From Fidelibacterota bacterium (GTDB taxonomy: Bacteria > Fidelibacterota > JAANXI01), in assembly GCA_021734025.1 (NCBI GenBank), contig JAIPJS010000003.1, positions 92,332 through 156,331 on the forward strand: DNA of 64,000 bases, written 5' to 3'. The notes beneath the pieces are model-generated. The model saw only the letters and a list, made by a program, of their open reading frames with translations. It had not been told where the DNA came from and ran no database searches. A program made the translations under genes and the position numbers. Numbering within the stretch: position 1 is the stretch's first letter; every line of letters begins with the position of its first letter. This document shows positions 59,658 through 64,000 of the stretch, in pieces.

Positions 59658-60428
59658 ATGAAACATCTCACCATATCAGAAGACGCCAAAATTTATACCG
59701 TCACCCTTGATCGCCCTCCGGTGAATGCAATAAATACCGGGCTGGTGAATGAACTCTACCAGGCTGCCAACAAAATTTCCAGTGACGAAAACGCACGTGT
59801 TGTTCTCTTGACAGGGAATGGTAAGCAATTCTGTGCCGGCGCCGATCTGAAAGAGCGAAAAACTATGAGTGAAGATGAGGTCCGGGAGTATATTAAGAAA
59901 ATTCGCACCTGTTTCTATGAATGGTATTCCATTCCTATTCCGACGATCTGCGCTATGAACGGTGGAACATACGGCGGTGGACTCGAATTGGCGCTGATGT
60001 GCGACATTCGGTATATCGTTCACGAGGCAAAACTCGGGTTGCGTGAAACCCGGCTGGGTATCATTCCCGGTGCGGGCGGCACACAACGATTATCCAGAAT
60101 AGCGGGGGAATCGGTTGCGTTAAAATGGGTAATGTCAGGTCAGGTTTTTACCGCACAGAACGCCCTGAACGATGGAGTAGTTGATAAGGTTCTACCCACT
60201 GCGGATCTAACTGACGAGGCTACAAACCTGGCCAGGGAATTCCTTCGAGCCGCACCGATTGCCGTCCGACAGGCAAAAAAAGCCATACGGGAGGGCTTGG
60301 AACTTCCGTTCAAAGAGGCACTGGAATTCGAGACCGGGTGCTACGAAAAAACAATCCCGACAGAGGATCGTCGCGAGGCACTCAGGGCATTTGCTGAAAA
60401 GCGAGATCCGAATTGGACAGGTAAATAG
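59658..60428 (+). CDS. Enoyl-CoA hydratase/isomerase (crotonase) family protein
   Basis: 256 aa. Oxyanion-hole motifs (FCAGADLKE; NGGTYGGGLELALMCD). Confidence 0.85.
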   Translation: MKHLTISEDAKIYTVTLDRPPVNAINTGLVNELYQAANKISSDENARVVLLTGNGKQFCAGADLKERKTMSEDEVREYIKKIRTCFYEWYSIPIPTICAMNGGTYGGGLELALMCDIRYIVHEAKLGLRETRLGIIPGAGGTQRLSRIAGESVALKWVMSGQVFTAQNALNDGVVDKVLPTADLTDEATNLAREFLRAAPIAVRQAKKAIREGLELPFKEALEFETGCYEKTIPTEDRREALRAFAEKRDPNWTGK

Positions 60429-60506
60429 AAAGTATTTTAAGTGCTTTATATCAGCGGGTACTATTTATCACTTAATGTAAAAAATTATATCAAGTAAGAG
60501 GGATTT

Positions 60507-61532
60507 ATGCGGCAAATTTGGATAACGAAGGCCGGGAGGCCGGAAGTCTTGCAACTCAAAGACGCGCCGGATCCGAGTCCGGGTGAAAATGAAGTAGTAA
60601 TAGATGTCAAGTCGGCGGGAATCAATTTTGCCGATATTATGGCGAGGCTTGGCGTCTACCAGGATGCTCCGGATTTGCCATGTGTTGTGGGATATGAGGT
60701 TGCCGGCGTGGTGGAGTCTGTTGGATCCAAGGTCACGCGTTTGAAGATGGGCGATTCGGTCTGCGCACTCACCAGATTTGGCGGATATTCTACGAAGATC
60801 GTAGTTGCGGAAAGCCAGGCGTATCCGATACCATCCGGATGGAGTTTTGAAGAAGCGTCAGCTATGCCAGTCAATTATCTGACTGCTTATCAATTGTTGG
60901 TGGTTATGGGAAGTATTCGCAATGGATCCAGTGTATTGATTCACGGGGCCGGTGGCGGCGTCGGAACAGCGGCAACCCAGATCGCAAAGTTGTACGATGC
61001 CACCATCTATGGAACGTCTTCCAAAAAGAAACACGATTATATTCGGAGTAACGGTGTGCATCACGCCATCGACTATCGGAATGAGGATTTTGTTGAGCGC
61101 ATCAACGAATTAACTGAGGACAGGGGTGTGGAAATTGTACTGGATGCCATAGGAGGAAAGCATTTTAGCCGGAGTTATGACGCATTACGCAGTACCGGCC
61201 GGCTGCTCATGTACGGGATGTCCTCCATGGCACAGTCAAAACGGAAATCGCTATGGAATGCGCTGAAGGCTGTTGTGAAATTACCACTGTTCAAGTTTTA
61301 TCCGGTGCGATTGATTAATGAAAATAAGGGTGTCCTCGGCGTAAACATCGGCCATCTCTGGCATGAACGGGATTTGGTGACCGGTTGGATGCAAGAGCTC
61401 ATTGTTTGGGCAGAGGAGGGAAAAATCAGGCCGGTGGTAGATACGACATTTTCGTTTGAGGAGGCACCAAAAGCGCATCATTACATTCAGGATCGAAAAA
61501 ATCTCGGGAAAGTCTGCCTCGTACCGGAGTAA
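60507..61532 (+). CDS. Zn-independent MDR family NADPH:quinone oxidoreductase-like protein
   Basis: 341 aa. GroES-like N-domain and Rossmann GAGGGVGTAATQIAK motif. No catalytic zinc ligands. Confidence 0.8.
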   Translation: MRQIWITKAGRPEVLQLKDAPDPSPGENEVVIDVKSAGINFADIMARLGVYQDAPDLPCVVGYEVAGVVESVGSKVTRLKMGDSVCALTRFGGYSTKIVVAESQAYPIPSGWSFEEASAMPVNYLTAYQLLVVMGSIRNGSSVLIHGAGGGVGTAATQIAKLYDATIYGTSSKKKHDYIRSNGVHHAIDYRNEDFVERINELTEDRGVEIVLDAIGGKHFSRSYDALRSTGRLLMYGMSSMAQSKRKSLWNALKAVVKLPLFKFYPVRLINENKGVLGVNIGHLWHERDLVTGWMQELIVWAEEGKIRPVVDTTFSFEEAPKAHHYIQDRKNLGKVCLVPE

Positions 61533-61633
61533 TGATTCTCTTTTTTGCAATGAGTAATTGCCTTGCGGTCTTTCTGGTATTAAGTTTGAGACGATGACGC
61601 GTTTTTTAGAAAAATTTAAACGGGAGTAATGTT

Positions 61634-61984
61634 ATGACCTATGTCATTGGAACGCCGTGTGTTAGTGTATGTGATACGGCATGCGTAGAAGTTTGTCCTG
61701 TTGATTGTATTTATGCTCCAATCCCACTGGATGAAATTCATGAAAAACGGGAAGCCTCGGGTGTGCCCGAAGGTGAACCCGCCGAAGAATTAAAGGGCCT
61801 GATGCTCTATATTCATCCTGATGAATGCATTGATTGCGCAGCATGCGAACCTGAATGTCCGCCGGATGCGATCCGAGCTGAGGACGATACCCATCCCGAT
61901 TTTGATGTGGATGAGTATCTGGAGATCAATACGAAATTCTTTGAGGAAGGCAACGACGCCTATAACACGGCGGGTTTAGCCTAA
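61634..61984 (+). CDS. fdxA: 7Fe ferredoxin, second paralog
   Basis: 116 aa, colinear with the 378-728 protein (about three-quarters identical by eye). The nucleotide sequence is clearly diverged and more AT-rich at wobble positions. Confidence 0.85.
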   Translation: MTYVIGTPCVSVCDTACVEVCPVDCIYAPIPLDEIHEKREASGVPEGEPAEELKGLMLYIHPDECIDCAACEPECPPDAIRAEDDTHPDFDVDEYLEINTKFFEEGNDAYNTAGLA

Positions 61985-62005
61985 GGCTCAAAACAGTTTG
62001 CATTG

Positions 62006-62041
62006 AAAAAGCCTGTCCGGAATTCCGGGCAGGCTTTTTTT
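62006..62041 (+). terminator. Rho-independent terminator after the second ferredoxin
   Basis: aaaaagcctgtccgg-aatt-ccgggcaggc followed by TTTTTTT. Confidence 0.75.
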
Positions 62042-62060
62042 ATGCAGGATAGCTAAAAGA

Positions 62061-62090
62061 GTATTCAGGTTCTCAAGTATTCAAGTGTTC
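62061..62090. repeat. GAACACTTGAATAC-type tandem array (minus-strand orientation)
   Basis: Reverse complement reads GAACACTTGAATACTTGAGAACCTGAATAC. A related short array lies at 44809-44832. Confidence 0.5.
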
Positions 62091-62094
62091 CGGT

Positions 62095-62445
62095 AAAAAC
62101 GCCTGTCCTCCAAATCCCTGGCAGAGTAGAGTTTTATCGTTGATAGTCGCGGCATTCACCGCGCTTTTGTTCGTCGTTTTTCATTCTTCTTTCAAAACCA
62201 AACACCGCTGAACCAATCATGGGGCCGGTCGAATGAGCGGGACCCCCTACCAGTTTTCTCCTGTTTGATGGTGAATTTTGAAATTGGATATTGGACATTC
62301 AATCTTTCCTTTATCCTTTCTCCTTTCTCCCTTCTCCCTTCTCCCTTCTCCATTTTATCCACGTTTAAACCCGCTTTGCGGACTTTAAGCGTCAGCCTAA
62401 GCCCTCTTACTTATACCCTTATACCCATCTATCCCTTCCATCTTT
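62095..62445 (-). repeat. Composite intergenic repeat element, copy C (inverted relative to copy A), including a longer variable core
   Basis: Reverse complement: GGGATAGATGGGTATAAGGGTATAAG..GGATAAAATGGAGAAGGGAGAAGGGAGAAGGGAGAAAGGAGAAAGG..ATGTCCAATATCCAATTTC..TTCACCA..ACAGGAGAAA..GGTTTTGAAAGAAGAATGAAAAACGACGAACAAAAGCGCGGTGAATGCCGCGACTATCAACGATAAAAC. Generates spurious track ORF 62265-62471. Confidence 0.7.
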
Positions 62446-62522
62446 CCCGTCAAATCTGTAGAATCTATTAGTTTTGAGGTCGTTGTGATATTGTAGTTCT
62501 GAGTTGAAACAAAGGTTTTACC

Positions 62523-64000
62523 ATGGATTGGTATCGCCGTCGCCCGCTTCTTTGGTGGGGGATATTTATCATCGCTGGAATGCTCGGGGCATCTGTCTTA
62601 CCGGAATGGATGTTTTTCATTCTGATAGTTTTCATAGTAATTCTATTTATTATTTACCGGGTAAGCGCCAGGGCTTCGGATACTTTAGTATTCCTCATTT
62701 TAATCCTGACCATGATATCATTAGGCGCTTTTCGACACTATGCGGATAATGTTGTTCCAAATCCAATCCTCAAAGACCTGGCGAGTTCCGATACTGATGT
62801 CCTGTTCACCGGCGTGGTGAAAAGCATTGATACCACTTCCATCAGTACATTGCACGGTACAATTGAACCGTTATCTGTTTATGATCATCAGATTACCGCT
62901 CAGCCGGTGCAGATTTGGTTGCCGGAGAATATTCCGTTGGTAACCGCTGGTGACACTATTACCGGTTTAGGGAATTTTTCCAGGTTTCCCCGTGCACGGA
63001 ATCCCGGAGAGTTCGATTACCGCAAATATCAAGAGTTGCGGCATCAGTTTTATCAGGTGGAAGTAAAACATCCGTGGGAGGTAAAAATCCGTTCCGGAGA
63101 AGTCCCGGGGTATCAGCGATTAGTTCAAGCGACCCAGGATTATATCACAACAACCCTGAACAGGATGCTCTCATCATCTTCTGCCAATTTCGCCACGGCG
63201 CTTGTCCTTGGACAGCGGGATGCCATAGACGATAGGATCATCGAGACCTTCTCATCCCTGGGGGTTATTCACGTGATGGCCGTTAGTGGGCTCCATGTGG
63301 GATTCGTAACACTGGTTTTAATGGTTATCGGCCAGGTGTTTCGACTCCCGTTTCGATACCGGGTGGCGTTTGCGATTGTTGGGTTGGCGTATTACGCTGC
63401 TTTAGTGGAATTTCGTCCGTCGGTAGTTCGCGCCTCGATTATGGCCGGAGTGCTTCTCCTCGCCGAGGCATCGGAAAAACGTTATGATATTCTGAATCTC
63501 CTGGGATTGGCAGCGATTATAATACTTTTGGTTAATCCCGGCGAACTGTTTAGTCTGGGATTCCAACTCTCATTCCTTGCGGTATTGAGTATCGTCTTGC
63601 TGTATGATCGGATGCAAAATTATCTTGAGAATTTAGGCTTCTCTTTGTCCGAATCACCCTATCTGGTGCGCTACACAGGTGGGTTGATTTTAGTCTCCAC
63701 CGCGGCCTTCATTGGTACTGCACCGCTGACTTCCTATCATTTCGGCATTCTACCGTTATGGGGAATCCTGATTAATCTGATAGTAATTCCACTGATTGGC
63801 CTGATTGTAATTACTGTTTTTGTCTCACTCATTGTGTCGTTTGTCTGGTTTGATATTGCAGCACTCTATGCTGAATTACCCGACCTGATAATAAGTGGTC
63901 TCCAAAGATTGCTCCCCATGATGAAACAACAGGGGTTCGGCGCAATACAGCTAGCCAACTTTCACTGGATGTGGGTAATTGTTTTCTATATTGGAGTTGC
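62523..64000 (+). CDS. comEC: ComEC/Rec2 family DNA internalisation channel protein (5' portion; continues past window end)
   Basis: Open frame from the ATG at 62523 to the window end. Multi-TM protein with the competence-domain blocks IHVMAVSGLHVG and NPGELFSLGFQLSF. Confidence 0.8.
   Translation, partial: MDWYRRRPLLWWGIFIIAGMLGASVLPEWMFFILIVFIVILFIIYRVSARASDTLVFLILILTMISLGAFRHYADNVVPNPILKDLASSDTDVLFTGVVKSIDTTSISTLHGTIEPLSVYDHQITAQPVQIWLPENIPLVTAGDTITGLGNFSRFPRARNPGEFDYRKYQELRHQFYQVEVKHPWEVKIRSGEVPGYQRLVQATQDYITTTLNRMLSSSSANFATALVLGQRDAIDDRIIETFSSLGVIHVMAVSGLHVGFVTLVLMVIGQVFRLPFRYRVAFAIVGLAYYAALVEFRPSVVRASIMAGVLLLAEASEKRYDILNLLGLAAIIILLVNPGELFSLGFQLSFLAVLSIVLLYDRMQNYLENLGFSLSESPYLVRYTGGLILVSTAAFIGTAPLTSYHFGILPLWGILINLIVIPLIGLIVITVFVSLIVSFVWFDIAALYAELPDLIISGLQRLLPMMKQQGFGAIQLANFHWMWVIVFYIGV

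Noticed and set aside
62218-62250. tmRNA or SRP RNA-like GC-rich stem (GGGGCCGGTCGAATGAGCGGGACCCCC)
   Set aside because: It does not match tmRNA or 4.5S RNA conserved sequences. It is part of the variable core of repeat copy C.
62265-62471. 68-aa ORF (MMVNFEIGYWTFNLSFILSPFSLLPSPFSILS...) and the similar ORFs at 30838-31180 and 38863-39075
   Set aside because: They lie entirely within the tandem-oligomer repeat elements. The low-complexity periodic amino-acid composition reflects the DNA repeats, so they are not real genes.

Overview
This is gene-dense chromosomal DNA (about 50% GC) from a Gram-negative bacterium. Most genes are on the + strand. I found no phage genes, transposases, integrases, CRISPR arrays, tRNAs or rRNAs. 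A GWxTD-domain protein, a secreted beta-propeller protein and an M16 lipoprotein peptidase point to an FCB-group-like lineage, but that is inference only.

Gene content, in order:
- a 7Fe ferredoxin (fdxA-like);
- a sugar-oxidation cluster: a DUF3047-like secreted protein, an archaeal-type zinc glucose dehydrogenase and a GH15 glucoamylase;
- a cytochrome P460-like protein, divergent from a CoA-disulfide reductase/NADH oxidase;
- arsR-trxA;
- DNA-repair genes nth and nfi, plus pcm;
- a protein with tandem PspC domains;
- a soluble sugar dehydrogenase whose stop codon overlaps the start of a cytochrome c gene;
- a complete Pho regulon (phoB-phoR-pstSCAB-phoU) plus a GDPD-like phosphodiesterase candidate;
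- gpmI and a heptose kinase;
- a secreted propeller protein paired with a GWxTD protein;
- a leuB-like dehydrogenase;
- nhaC;
- a YhaO/YhaN-type (SbcCD-like) nuclease-ATPase pair;
- a secreted hypothetical protein plus the M16 peptidase;
- suhB, a sodium:alanine symporter with a large loop insertion, osmC, hutH-like, guaB and rpsT;
- ytfI/ytfJ-like genes, crp, cysE and yhhQ;
- an atu-like cluster: an acyl-CoA carboxyltransferase, AtuA/DUF1446, a GlmU-like bifunctional enzyme, DUF4387, a crotonase and a quinone oxidoreductase;
- a second ferredoxin paralog and the 5' part of comEC.

The most unusual structure is a composite intergenic repeat family of about 300 bp. It has two inverted full copies at about 30.9 kb and 62.1-62.4 kb, and partial heads at 38.95 kb and 55.99 kb. 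The head is built from tandem short oligomers (GGTATAGG, GGAGAAG, TCCAATA). Separate GAACACTC microsatellite-like arrays flank several genes. These repeats create spurious ORFs in the six-frame track and are not explained by any gene. I also note candidate Pho boxes, a candidate ArsR operator, and an unusual atu-like operon.
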